A stretch of DNA of 64,000 nucleotides, from positions 24,178 to 88,177 of the forward strand of contig JAGQME010000001.1 in assembly GCA_020428795.1 (NCBI GenBank). The letters are read 5' to 3'. Each line of letters starts with the position of its first letter. Positions within the stretch are counted from its first letter, which is position 1. The translations under genes were made by a program, and so were the position numbers. Shown here piece after piece: positions 55,145-64,000 of the stretch. This stretch comes from Candidatus Kaiserbacteria bacterium. Lineage in GTDB: Bacteria; Patescibacteriota; Minisyncoccia; Phycocordibacterales; UBA918. The notes beneath the pieces were generated by a model, which saw only the letters and a program-made list of their open reading frames with translations, ran no database searches and was not told where the DNA came from.

Positions 55145-56737
55145 ATGGTAATTAGTTTTGGTCTTGGTATCTTCGTCCAATCTTTTTACGTTATAGATAA
55201 AATCAGTATTCTTTGGTTTCTCAGCATAGCGCTAGCGCTAGCATTGGTTTGGCGTCGTCGAACAGTTTCGTCTGATCGTATAAATTTAGCCTCAAATCTA
55301 GTCTTACTCTTTGTAGTGTTTGTTTTTTGTTTTGCGTTGGGAGCGGTTAGGATGCTTTGGGCAGAACAATACTTTATTAACACAGAAGCCGAATCCAAAT
55401 TTGAAGAGGAGATTCAAATTACCGGAGTGGTTGTTAGAGAGCCCGACGTTCGTTCCAATAGTACGCAATTGTTTGTGCGAATCGATAACGGTGAATTATT
55501 CTTAGTTAGAACAGATCGTTACTCTGGTATCAATTACGGCGATGAGTTGATGATATCAGGCACGCTTTCTAAAGCTGAGGCTTTTGAAACAGATTTAGGT
55601 CGGACCTTTAATTATCCTGATTACCTCAGAGCCAAGGGGGTTAGTCATATAATATCGTGGGCTGAGATTGAGGTCGTTGATGTCAATCAAGGTAATTTTT
55701 TGCTTCATTTTATCCTTACACAAAAACAGGACTTTATGCACAGATTGGAGGAGGTGATTATTGAACCTGAAGTTGGTTTGGCGGAGGGTCTCCTTCTTGG
55801 TGTTAAACAGGGTTTGGGAGACAATTTGGAGATGGCTTTTCGTAAAACCGGTATCATCCACATTGTGGTCTTATCTGGTTACAACGTGATGTTGGTGGTA
55901 ACTTTTGTCTTGTATGTGTTTGCTTATTTTTTACCGTTTCGAGCTAGATTGATAGCCGGAGTAATAGCGATTGCCCTATTTGCTTTGCTGGTCGGCTTAT
56001 CATCAACGGTTGTTCGGGCTTCAGTGATGGCCTCCTTACTTTTAATGGCCAGAAGTATTGGTAAATCATATCAAGTTTTGCGGGGGTTGGTGGTGGCGGG
56101 GATAATTATGTTAATCATTAATCCCTATCTCTTGGCTTTTGATATTGGTTTCCAACTATCTTTTATTGCCACCCTAGGTTTGATTTTGGTCGCTCCCTAC
56201 GTTGAGTCAAAGTTTAAGGCGGTACCAACTTCGTTTGGTATACGAGAATTTTTGACAGCCACTATTTCTACTCAGATATTTGTGCTACCAATCTTGTTAT
56301 ATCAAATTGGTGAGTTTTCAGTGGTAGCTGTTCTGGTGAATGTTTTAGTTCTACCAATGGTACCAGTGGCCATGATGTTGACTTTCTTGGTTGGAGTAAC
56401 TGGTGTCTTTAGTGCGACGATTGCCAGTGTCTTTGGTTTCTTGGCCTACCTGTCTCTTTTGTACATAATAACCTTAGCAGAGGGTTTTGCTTCACTACCA
56501 TTTTCCGCTTTGGTGGTACCAGCTTTCCCATTTTGGGTAGTGATAGGGGGTTATATTTTAATTGCGATTGTTTTGTACATTAAATTTAAGACCAATCAAA
56601 AAATTGAAGCTTATGATTTGATTGAGTCATTCGTTAAATCCAAATCCGCTGAGTCAACCGATGATAATGGTAGAGAGTCGGTAGTGAGTTGGTTTGTCGA
56701 AGAAGAGTCGATCGTGAAAACTAGATTAAGTAGGTAG
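55145..56737 (+). CDS. comEC: ComEC/Rec2-family DNA internalisation channel (competence domain only)
   Basis: About 530 aa, polytopic; DUF4131-like N-region then Competence domain (GIIHIVVLSGYNVMLV...); no C-terminal MBL domain in this ORF. ATG at 55145 preferred over 55121. Confidence 0.78.
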   Translation: MVISFGLGIFVQSFYVIDKISILWFLSIALALALVWRRRTVSSDRINLASNLVLLFVVFVFCFALGAVRMLWAEQYFINTEAESKFEEEIQITGVVVREPDVRSNSTQLFVRIDNGELFLVRTDRYSGINYGDELMISGTLSKAEAFETDLGRTFNYPDYLRAKGVSHIISWAEIEVVDVNQGNFLLHFILTQKQDFMHRLEEVIIEPEVGLAEGLLLGVKQGLGDNLEMAFRKTGIIHIVVLSGYNVMLVVTFVLYVFAYFLPFRARLIAGVIAIALFALLVGLSSTVVRASVMASLLLMARSIGKSYQVLRGLVVAGIIMLIINPYLLAFDIGFQLSFIATLGLILVAPYVESKFKAVPTSFGIREFLTATISTQIFVLPILLYQIGEFSVVAVLVNVLVLPMVPVAMMLTFLVGVTGVFSATIASVFGFLAYLSLLYIITLAEGFASLPFSALVVPAFPFWVVIGGYILIAIVLYIKFKTNQKIEAYDLIESFVKSKSAESTDDNGRESVVSWFVEEESIVKTRLSR

Positions 56738-56801
56738 TTTTTAAGAAAAGGTTCAGGGGACAAATCCCCTGAACCTTTTCCTTTTAATCTTTATATGTTC
56801 A

Positions 56802-57377
56802 CTAAACTCGATTAGCTACTACTTCCCAGTTAAGATTTTTAAAAAAGGCTTCAATGTACTTACTTTTATCAGCCGGTAGATAATCTCGCATGTAGGAGTG
56901 TTCCCACATATCCAATCCCAGAACAATATCCAAATCAGCCAAGTGACCTAAGTGTTGTTCGTCAACCCAAGTACACACTAATCGGTTTACGGTCTTGTCA
57001 AAGTAGCACATCGACCAGCCTACTCCTCTTGTCTTTGCTATGGTACTGAAGTGAGTGATAAAGTTTTCTAGTGAGCCAAACTGGGCTTCGATTAAGTTTT
57101 TTAGATTGCCTTCGGGCAGGGGTTTGGCTCCACCTTCAAATTGAGAAAAGTAGGCTTCGTGGTTTTTCATACCACCAAACTCAAAACCCAAACGTCTTTG
57201 TACTTCAGCTAAGGCATAGCTATTTTCCTCCGGCGTTTTTTCCATTTCAGCAATCGTAGCGTGAATTAAGTTTACATGTTTAACGTAGCCTTGGTATAGA
57301 CCAATGTGCGAGTCAATGGTTTCTTTAGAAATACCGTCTAATTCTGGTATGTCAAATGTCTTAGCTTCGTATTGCAT
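56802..57377 (-). CDS. sodA: Fe/Mn superoxide dismutase
   Basis: 191 aa; N-terminal helical hairpin with His ligands, C-terminal DMWEHSYMRDY (metal-binding D..WEH.YY signature). Confidence 0.9.
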   Translation of the reverse strand: MQYEAKTFDIPELDGISKETIDSHIGLYQGYVKHVNLIHATIAEMEKTPEENSYALAEVQRRLGFEFGGMKNHEAYFSQFEGGAKPLPEGNLKNLIEAQFGSLENFITHFSTIAKTRGVGWSMCYFDKTVNRLVCTWVDEQHLGHLADLDIVLGLDMWEHSYMRDYLPADKSKYIEAFFKNLNWEVVANRV

Positions 57378-57426
57378 AAATTAAATTTCCAAACTAATAA
57401 AGTCCAAGCATAGTATCATATGGAGA

Positions 57427-58323
57427 ATGTATATGCATGAGTATGATGAAGATTTTGTTAGAAAACGTTTGATAATTTTGGGTTTCTTGATCTTGGTCAC
57501 TTTTGGTGTTTGGGTAATTCCTTTTATAGATGGAGATTTGTCAGCTAAGGTAAGTGGTGATAATCAATATTTAAAAGTAAGCTTCTTGGATGTGGGACAA
57601 GGAGATGCGATTTTTATTGAGACTAAAGACAAGGTCCAAGCTTTAATTGACGGTGGTCCAAATGAGGCAGTTTTACGTCAACTAAGTTCACAGATGGGTT
57701 TGTTTGATCGAACTATTGATGTGGTAATTGGTACTCATCCTGATAAGGATCATATTGGGGGGTTGGTGGATGTCTTAGACCGTTATAAGGTGTCGATGAT
57801 TTTAAAAACCGATAATGTAAACGACACCAGTGTTTCCAAACTATACGAAGAAAAAATTGAACAAGAGGGGGCAGAAGTGATTTATGCTAGGCGGGGACAA
57901 AAAATCAAGCTAGGTGAATTTACTACCATTGAAGTTTTGTATCCAGAGACTGAGGTAAAGGATGTGGAGAGTAATGCCTCGTCGATTGTGGTCAAAGTTG
58001 TTTATGGTGATACTAGTTTTATGTTGAGTGGTGATTCACCAAAACAGATCGAAGAGTATTTGGTACTTACTTCAGGCGAACACCTTAAAAGCAACGTACT
58101 AAAGGCCGGACATCATGGCTCAAGAACTTCTACCTCCGAACTATGGCTGACCGAGGTTGATCCGGATTACGCTGTAATTTCAGCTTCGAGTGATAATCGT
58201 TACGGTCATCCCCATCAAGAAGTAATAGATTTGCTTTTTAATTACGGGGTGGAGATTCTATCAACGGCTGAGAGAGGCACTATTGAAATGTACTCGGATG
58301 GACTTGACGTTTGGTATAAATAA
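57427..58323 (+). CDS. Metallo-beta-lactamase-fold hydrolase (ComEC C-terminal-domain-like), N-terminal TM anchor
   Basis: FLDVGQGDAIFIE ... GTHPDKDHIGGL ... GHHGS: MBL motifs as found at the C-terminus of full-length ComEC. Confidence 0.72.
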   Translation: MYMHEYDEDFVRKRLIILGFLILVTFGVWVIPFIDGDLSAKVSGDNQYLKVSFLDVGQGDAIFIETKDKVQALIDGGPNEAVLRQLSSQMGLFDRTIDVVIGTHPDKDHIGGLVDVLDRYKVSMILKTDNVNDTSVSKLYEEKIEQEGAEVIYARRGQKIKLGEFTTIEVLYPETEVKDVESNASSIVVKVVYGDTSFMLSGDSPKQIEEYLVLTSGEHLKSNVLKAGHHGSRTSTSELWLTEVDPDYAVISASSDNRYGHPHQEVIDLLFNYGVEILSTAERGTIEMYSDGLDVWYK

Positions 58324-58354
58324 TGTTTTTATTATCAATAAAAGAGGGGTGAAA

Positions 58355-58528
58355 ATGAAGATTTGTCCGTTTTGTTTTAGCAAGTTAATTCGGCATGACA
58401 GCGTGTGGCAGTGTCTGAAGTGTAGCAAAGATTTTGAAGGAGGTCTGCGAGTACGTGGTCCGAAAAATAAAGAAAATAAAAGAAAAGACGGTATTTCTGC
58501 CGGCAAGCCCCGCATCATGAGTAAGTGA
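58355..58528 (+). CDS. Small zinc-ribbon protein
   Basis: 57 aa MKICPFCFSKLIRHDSVWQCLKCSKDF... with CPxC...CxxC; RBS AAGAGGGG 7 nt upstream. Confidence 0.4.
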   Translation: MKICPFCFSKLIRHDSVWQCLKCSKDFEGGLRVRGPKNKENKRKDGISAGKPRIMSK

Positions 58529-58560
58529 TGCGGGCCGTTCGTTTATTGGTTTATCGTGGG

Positions 58561-58600
58561 GCAGAAAAGGCCCGCACCTTTAGGTGCGGGCCTTTTCTGC
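58561..58600. terminator. Bidirectional terminator between the zinc-ribbon ORF and rpmB
   Basis: GCAGAAAAGGCCCGCACC-TTTA-GGTGCGGGCCTTTTCTGC followed by TTTTAT. Confidence 0.6.
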
Positions 58601-58609
58601 TTTTATATG

Positions 58610-58852
58610 TTAAATAAGGTTGGCTTCCTTTAGGGTATTGTAGGCGCCATTTTTTGCTATGGTACGCAAACCTTTGGTGGAAACTTTTATGGTTACGTGT
58701 TTATCAAGCTCAGGAACAAAGATTTTTTTCTTTTGCAGATTAGCTTGACGACTTACTTTTCCGCATGGGTTAAATTGCGTCGCACGGGTGCGGTTTGAAT
58801 ATCGGCCCCCGATCTGGGTCTTCTTGCCGGTGATGTCACATTGTTTTGCCAT
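58610..58852 (-). CDS. rpmB: 50S ribosomal protein L28
   Basis: 80 aa MAKQCDITGKKTQIGGRYSNRTRATQ..F.PNLQKK...V, canonical L28. Confidence 0.9.
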   Translation of the reverse strand: MAKQCDITGKKTQIGGRYSNRTRATQFNPCGKVSRQANLQKKKIFVPELDKHVTIKVSTKGLRTIAKNGAYNTLKEANLI

Positions 58853-58926
58853 ATGATTGGTTTTAGTGGCGCTATCGTACCATAATGCTTTGAATCTGCA
58901 AGCTTTTCACGTATGATTATAAACCT

Positions 58927-59556
58927 ATGGAACAAATCGCTATTTTAATAGTCCTGATATTATCAATCGTAATTCACGAAATGGCTCATGGTCACGTTGC
59001 TAATTGGCTCGGTGATCCAACTGCCCGCTTACAGGGTCGTTTGTCTCCAAACCCACTTGTTCACATTGATCCACTTGGTTCGGTTTTAATTCCAGCTCTA
59101 CTCTTCTTTAGCCAAACCGGTATTATTTTTGGTTGGGCCAAACCGGTTCCTTATAATCCATACAATCTCCGTAATCAAAAATGGGGAGAGGCTATAGTCG
59201 CTATTGCCGGACCGGCGGTTAACATTTTACTAGCTGTTATTTTTGCTCTCATCATTAGAAGTTCGGACATTCTAAATCTATCTCAATCATTTACAGAAAT
59301 CGCAACGTACATAGTGTTTATTAATATATTGTTGGCTATGTTTAATATGTTGCCGATTCCACCACTTGATGGTTCAAAGATATTGTTGGCCGTATTGCCG
59401 TTTAGAGCGCAAATGCAGTACAGGAAATTCATGGTCATAATGGAACGTTTTGGTTTAATTGGCATGTTCCTTTTTATCTACGTATTTATTACTTTTTTCT
59501 CGGGGCCATTCTTTGGTTTTGTGGAGAATCTGGTCGGCCTCTTAATTGGCAATTAA
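58927..59556 (+). CDS. Site-2-protease-like zinc metallopeptidase (peptidase M50 family, short form)
   Basis: 209 aa polytopic; HEMAHG zinc motif in TM1-2; NPLVHIDPLG downstream motif. Confidence 0.7.
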   Translation: MEQIAILIVLILSIVIHEMAHGHVANWLGDPTARLQGRLSPNPLVHIDPLGSVLIPALLFFSQTGIIFGWAKPVPYNPYNLRNQKWGEAIVAIAGPAVNILLAVIFALIIRSSDILNLSQSFTEIATYIVFINILLAMFNMLPIPPLDGSKILLAVLPFRAQMQYRKFMVIMERFGLIGMFLFIYVFITFFSGPFFGFVENLVGLLIGN

Positions 59557-59633
59557 GACTATATTGATCAGTCGTATCAAAAGTAGATTTTTTATTGCAA
59601 ATTTTTACATATATAGTATTGTATGCGGGCTTT

Positions 59634-60041
59634 ATGGCAACAATAAATCAATTAACAAGAAACAAGCGACGTGATCCGGCTACCAAAAGTAAGACGGGTT
59701 CTCTTCAGCTAGGCTTCAACTCTATTAAGAATAAAGCCAACTCATATAACTCACCGTTTAAACGTGGGGTTTGTACTAGGGTGACTACTAAAACTCCGAG
59801 AAAGCCGAACTCAGCGATTCGAAAGATCGCCCGTGTTCGTTTAAGTAACGGACAGGAAATCACTGCCTACATCCCAGGTGAAAAACACTCTCTCCAAGAA
59901 CACTCAGTGGTATTGGTGCGAGGTGGACGAGTTAAGGATATTGGTGTGCAATATACGGTTGTGCGTGGTAAATACGATGCTACCGGAGTTGATAAGCGTA
60001 TGCAGGGGCGTAGTCGATACGGCGCCAAGAAACCTAAATAG
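59634..60041 (+). CDS. rpsL: 30S ribosomal protein S12 (with an about 11-aa insertion in the N-terminal region)
   Basis: [13 protein letters not shown]...[72 protein letters not shown]...[10 protein letters not shown]; ORF-track start at 59595 is an over-extension. Confidence 0.9.
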   Translation: MATINQLTRNKRRDPATKSKTGSLQLGFNSIKNKANSYNSPFKRGVCTRVTTKTPRKPNSAIRKIARVRLSNGQEITAYIPGEKHSLQEHSVVLVRGGRVKDIGVQYTVVRGKYDATGVDKRMQGRSRYGAKKPK

Positions 60042-60371
60042 CGTTCAGCTATACCCCGTCTGCTTTGTCGCACGGCGTAAATTTTTTCTCACAGTACTTA
60101 AGTACAGCTCGGAAAAATTTCTTTGTGCTCCGCGCATCCGGGGCATCCTGAACACTATTTAAGACAAGTCTCATTTTATCTAAAATATTTTAGATAAATC
60201 ACGTACTGAACCTGAAAATTTAATAATTTTTCAAGTTCAGGAATAGTATATATTCGCTACAGATTATAGGATGCGACTCAAGTTAAAGCTTCGGAGTCAA
60301 ATTATGCGAAGAATGAAACATGTTTCCATACATATCTCATTCTTAATCTTTATTAAAATTAAGAACAAATT

Positions 60372-60845
60372 ATGCGACGACCAATTAAAAATCGTAACGT
60401 TGTACAGCCAGATATAAAATTTGGCTCAGTGGACGTTGAAAGATTGATCAACTACATCATGCTTAGGGGTCAGAAGGAGACTGCTCGTAAGATCGTGTAT
60501 GGTGCTTTTGAAGAAATTAAAAATGCTAAAGAAGGGGGTGGTGATCCATTAGAGATTTTCAACACAGCTCTTCGTAACGCGGGTCCTCAGATGGAAGTCC
60601 GATCTCGCCGAGTGGGTGGTGCCAACTATCAGGTGCCCCGTGAAGTCCGACCAGAGCGTAGACACGCTTTAGCTCTACGTTGGATTATTAATGCAGCTAG
60701 AGGTCAAAAAGGTATTCCTATGCACTCAGCTTTAGCTAAGGAATTGATGATGGCAGCCAGAGAAGAGGGAGCGGCCGTGAAAAAGAAGGAGGATACTCAT
60801 AAGATGGCTGAGGCTAACCGTGCTTTTGCCCACTTCGCTTGGTAA
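60372..60845 (+). CDS. rpsG: 30S ribosomal protein S7
   Basis: 157 aa MRRPIKNR...[21 protein letters not shown]...[17 protein letters not shown]...R...ALRWI. Confidence 0.9.
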   Translation: MRRPIKNRNVVQPDIKFGSVDVERLINYIMLRGQKETARKIVYGAFEEIKNAKEGGGDPLEIFNTALRNAGPQMEVRSRRVGGANYQVPREVRPERRHALALRWIINAARGQKGIPMHSALAKELMMAAREEGAAVKKKEDTHKMAEANRAFAHFAW

Positions 60846-61095
60846 TAGACATTTTTGTCACGATACTACGCAAAAGGCCCAAAAATTTGTAAGCCGTATG
60901 TTTATCATGGTGAACAATTTTTGGGCCTTTTGCCTTGTTTCGTTTAGAAAATATCAGTTACTAAAACCCCGTAATTGGCGATGTACTCCTCATGATTAAT
61001 CTAAATTTTTGGTTTTACAAATTAGATAAATTATATCGACTCATTTTTTTGTTGGCTGTTTCCGCTTAAAAGATTCGGTTTAGTTATACGGTATA

Positions 61096-61539
61096 ATGTC
61101 TGGTATGAAACAAAATATGGAGGGAGGAAACGAGAAAGCTCTGTCTATACTTGAGCGCAAGCGACAGGAAGCTTTTTTGTCGGTTATAAACACGCTTGAT
61201 GAACGTTTTTTGGTAGATTTGAAGCAGTCTTTTAAGAGTCACGAACAAGAATATTCAATCACTTCACTAGAGGATTGTATAGTTGCTTTTGCTCAGCAAA
61301 ATCGAGAATTGACTGAAGAGTTATATAGAGAAATTGTTTCTCAAAATGAATATCATAAAGAACAGGCTATAGCCAAACTCCGAGAGTTATTTGTAGCCTA
61401 TGAAAAAACAGTCGCTCTTTTCACTGAGTTACGCAGTTACCATCCGACCGTAGCTAGTAAATTGGCGGAGAGATTACCAGCTCTTAAGGTTGTGGTCGAA
61501 CAGGCTGAAAAACAGTGGACAGAGTTAGACAAAAATTAG
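61096..61539 (+). CDS. Hypothetical helical protein
   Basis: 147-aa ORF immediately upstream of and co-oriented with the GH15-like gene (2-bp gap). Confidence 0.4.
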   Translation: MSGMKQNMEGGNEKALSILERKRQEAFLSVINTLDERFLVDLKQSFKSHEQEYSITSLEDCIVAFAQQNRELTEELYREIVSQNEYHKEQAIAKLRELFVAYEKTVALFTELRSYHPTVASKLAERLPALKVVVEQAEKQWTELDKN

Positions 61540-61540
61540 T

Positions 61541-62587
61541 ATGGAAATAGATTTTGAAACAGAAATAAAACAACACCTAGATGTCATTCGTACTATGCAG
61601 ACCCCGACGGGAGTTTTTACCGCTTCGGCTGAAGATACTTTTTATAACAAAGCTTGGTTGAGAGACATTTACTTTATCGTTTTATCTTTTCTTGAAGTTG
61701 GTGAAATCGAGACAGTCAAAAAAGCGGCCAAAGCTCTGCTTCAAGTTTTAATTAAGAATCAAGATAAAATTGACTGGGCCATCGCCAACAAACCACACGA
61801 AACTTGGCAGTACATTCATGCTCGCTTTCATCCTGAGACTTTTGAGGAATATTGGGAAGAGTGGGGGAATAGCCAAAATGATGCGGTGGGTGAGGTCTTG
61901 AACTTGCTAGTTGAATTAGAGTTAAGAGGTGAAGGGGTTGTAGAAACAGAAGCTGAAAAAGCGATGTTGCAAAAATTGATTGATTACTTGGTTTCACTTG
62001 AATACTGGCACGATAGTGATAACGGTATTTGGGAAGAGAATCTGGAAATACACGCTTCATCAATTGGGTCTGTTTTGGCCGCCCTAAGAAAAGCTAGGCA
62101 GTTAGATTGGTTGCATGTGCCAGATAGCGCTATTGAATTAGGTGAACAGTCACTTAATAATTTATTGCCAAGAGAATCTACTACCAAGTTTGTCGATTTG
62201 GCTTTACTGACTCTAATTTACCCCTTCGAGGTTACTAAAGAAGAAGAAACTTTAGAGATTTTAAGAAATGTTGAATATCATTTAGTAAAAGATAAAGGAG
62301 TTTTGCGATATAAATTCGACCGTTATTACAACCACAACGATGATGGTTACAGTGAAGAGGCAGAGTGGTGTTTTGGCTTGTCATGGTTGGCTATTATCTA
62401 TGCAGATAGAGGTCAAGTTGACAGAGCTTGGTATTATTTGGAAAGGGCTAAAAATGCTGTAACAAAAGATGGAAAGGTGCCGGAAGCTTATTTTTCACAT
62501 ACTGATAATCCAAACCCAAATACACCATTAGCGTGGGCAGAAAGTATGTACGTTATTGCTCTCAAGAAGATTCGAGACTTAGGCTAG
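61541..62587 (+). CDS. Glycoside hydrolase family 15-like (glucoamylase/glucodextranase-type alpha/alpha-6 barrel) protein
   Basis: 348 aa; NGIWEENLEIHASSIG matches the GH15 catalytic WEE(V) motif region; additional W/Y-rich helical repeats. Confidence 0.6.
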   Translation: MEIDFETEIKQHLDVIRTMQTPTGVFTASAEDTFYNKAWLRDIYFIVLSFLEVGEIETVKKAAKALLQVLIKNQDKIDWAIANKPHETWQYIHARFHPETFEEYWEEWGNSQNDAVGEVLNLLVELELRGEGVVETEAEKAMLQKLIDYLVSLEYWHDSDNGIWEENLEIHASSIGSVLAALRKARQLDWLHVPDSAIELGEQSLNNLLPRESTTKFVDLALLTLIYPFEVTKEEETLEILRNVEYHLVKDKGVLRYKFDRYYNHNDDGYSEEAEWCFGLSWLAIIYADRGQVDRAWYYLERAKNAVTKDGKVPEAYFSHTDNPNPNTPLAWAESMYVIALKKIRDLG

Positions 62588-62623
62588 CGTCATCTAGGAG
62601 GTATTTATGATATACTCGCCATT

Positions 62624-63088
62624 ATGAAAAAAGGTATTCTTTTGCTCTTGGTCGGTTTTTGTCTGGGGATTATAGCTCTTTGGTTGGCTAGCTACTACAA
62701 CGTAAAAATTGTTGAGGAGACTATCAGAGATAATGTGCATCTGGAGACCACCGTAGTTGATGTTTTTAAATTTACTTTAGAGGAAGAGGTTCGTAAAAAG
62801 ACTGGTGAACCGGAAGCTGGCTTTAAGCCAGAGGATTATTTGGCGGTATTTCCAGGTCTTAGCAGTTCGGATTTTAATGGAGTGATTGGTAATAGTGGTA
62901 CTTATGTTTTAGAAAATGGTAAGTTAGTCTTCAATCTAAAAGAGACCGGCCTCAGACCAACTACTTATGGCGGAATTGGCAGAACTGGCATGAAAACTTT
63001 GTTAAATAATATTGCCGAGCGAAGCAAGATTGATCTGACTGCCAACGGAACTCTGACTGATGTGATGCGGGTTTTAACAACCGAGTAG
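62624..63088 (+). CDS. Hypothetical membrane-anchored protein
   Basis: 154 aa; N-terminal TM helix (ILLLLVGFCLGIIALWLASYY). Confidence 0.4.
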   Translation: MKKGILLLLVGFCLGIIALWLASYYNVKIVEETIRDNVHLETTVVDVFKFTLEEEVRKKTGEPEAGFKPEDYLAVFPGLSSSDFNGVIGNSGTYVLENGKLVFNLKETGLRPTTYGGIGRTGMKTLLNNIAERSKIDLTANGTLTDVMRVLTTE

Positions 63089-63181
63089 ATCATCAGAACT
63101 TTTGTATTTTAGACCGATGATAGTAACCCTCATCACTTAAGACATTTCATTTTTGCTCATAATAAGGTAAGGTACTGTCCT

Positions 63182-64000
63182 ATGTCACAAAAGCAAGGCA
63201 TCATAACTTTTAATAATGTTTCTTTTGAACACGACCCCACCAAAAAGACTTTGGTAGAGGCTAGTTTTTCGGTTCGACGGGGAGCAAAGTTTGCTTTAAT
63301 GGGCCAAAACGGAGCCGGCAAGAGCACCTTGTTCTCTTTAATCACTGGAGCGCTTAAAGCCGACTCTGGAGATGTTAATGTTTATCCTAAAACTTCTATC
63401 GCCCTGTCTCGTCAAGTGATTCCAAGAGATGAATTAGAATTAACGGTCAGAGAATTTTTTGAAAAATGTTTTCAAGAAAAAGTCTATGATATTGATCCAA
63501 GAATAGACACGGTTTTAGAAATCGTAAATCTTGTACCCACTCCCAAAATAAAAGATACTTTTAAAGATCGAATTGTGGGTAGTTTTTCTGGTGGTCAGCA
63601 AGCTAGATTACTTTTGGCTTCGGCTTTAATTCAGAATCCGGACGTTCTTCTTCTTGATGAGCCGACCAATAATCTTGACCGTGAAGGTATTATTCACTTG
63701 ACGGCTTATCTCCAAAATTACAATAAAACCGTGATCGTAATTTCTCACGATTCAGAATTTCTTAATGCTTTTACCAGAGGGGTTTTGTATTTGGATATTC
63801 ATTCACATCAAGTTGAGCAGTACGATGGCAACTATCACGATGTGTTAAAAGATATCGCCGCCAGAGTTCTAAAAGAGCAAAGACAAAATGCTCAGGCCGA
63901 GAAAGAAATCCAAGCCAACAAAGACAAGGCCAATTTCTTTGCTCACAAAGGTGGGAATATGCGTATGGTAGCCAAACGAATGCGTGAAAAGGTGGAGGAG
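63182..64000 (+). CDS. ABC-F family ATPase (EttA/Uup-like), N-terminal part; continues beyond window
   Basis: MSQKQGIITFNNVSFEH..., Walker A GQNGAGKSTL, signature FSGGQQARLLLA, Walker B LLLDEPTNNLD, then a basic/Q-rich linker start (KEQRQNAQAEKEIQANKDKA) typical of ABC-F. Not in the ORF track because it is truncated by the window end. Confidence 0.8.
   Translation, partial: MSQKQGIITFNNVSFEHDPTKKTLVEASFSVRRGAKFALMGQNGAGKSTLFSLITGALKADSGDVNVYPKTSIALSRQVIPRDELELTVREFFEKCFQEKVYDIDPRIDTVLEIVNLVPTPKIKDTFKDRIVGSFSGGQQARLLLASALIQNPDVLLLDEPTNNLDREGIIHLTAYLQNYNKTVIVISHDSEFLNAFTRGVLYLDIHSHQVEQYDGNYHDVLKDIAARVLKEQRQNAQAEKEIQANKDKANFFAHKGGNMRMVAKRMREKVEE

Noticed and set aside
1-64000. CRISPR arrays, rRNA genes, IS transposases
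   Set aside because: No regularly spaced direct repeats with unique spacers, no 16S/23S/5S signatures, and no DDE/HUH transposase motifs were seen in any frame.

Overview
This 64 kb window looks like part of a small, AT-rich bacterial chromosome in which genes are tightly packed. The repertoire suggests a reduced-genome Patescibacteria/CPR-like organism, but that is inference only. The repertoire includes a type IV pilus/competence cluster (pilB, pilC, three prepilin-like genes, a split ComEC), a single Xer recombinase, three NUDIX genes, two MscS channels and an ECF sigma factor. Calls rest on motif-level recognition of the translated ORFs plus manual folding of RNA genes.

Housekeeping genes I can recognise:
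- Ribosomal proteins: rpsO, rpmB, rpsL and rpsG. The rpsL-rpsG gap is unusually long and no fusA/tuf follows.
- Proteostasis and RNA processing: tig-clpP, a membrane-anchored ClpA/ClpB-like AAA+ ATPase whose first ATPase domain is degenerate, rny, nusA, rnhA, cca.
- DNA/nucleoid and metabolism: hup, recJ, xthA, tpiA-pgk, sodA, corA, a family-II pyrophosphatase, a GH15-like hydrolase and an ABC-F ATPase at the window end.

Five tRNA genes fold cleanly by hand: Ala-GGC (minus strand), Arg-TCG, Gly-GCC, Pro-TGG and Gly-TCC (minus strand).

The accessory and unusual content is concentrated around those tRNAs:
1. A type IIS restriction-modification pair sits between tRNA-Arg and tRNA-Gly. It comprises an AlwI/N.BstNBI-family endonuclease and a fused two-domain N6-adenine methyltransferase.
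2. Three of the tRNA genes (Gly-GCC, Pro-TGG, Gly-TCC) are each followed within about 130-220 bp by a module: a terminator-like hairpin, a segment complementary to the tRNA T-loop, and a perfect 21-22 nt direct repeat of the tRNA's own 3' end. tRNA-Arg carries a related giant palindrome that incorporates its acceptor 3' strand.
3. Two GC-rich noncoding loci (about 54.3-55.1 kb and 34.42-34.75 kb) are full of overlapping ORFs in all frames. They are probably structured RNAs that I could not classify by eye.
4. An 800 bp gene-free region lies upstream of cca.
5. A cluster of DnaA-box-like 9-mers sits next to a family of 14 bp GTTNCANNTGNAAC palindromes in and around a YraN-like endonuclease gene.
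6. Intergenic regions throughout are closed by exceptionally long perfect palindromes (stems up to about 30 bp).
7. An 803-aa protein with a coiled-coil N-half and a ParB/sulfiredoxin-like nuclease motif lies between the Xer recombinase and tRNA-Ala.

No CRISPR array, rRNA operon or intact transposase was seen.
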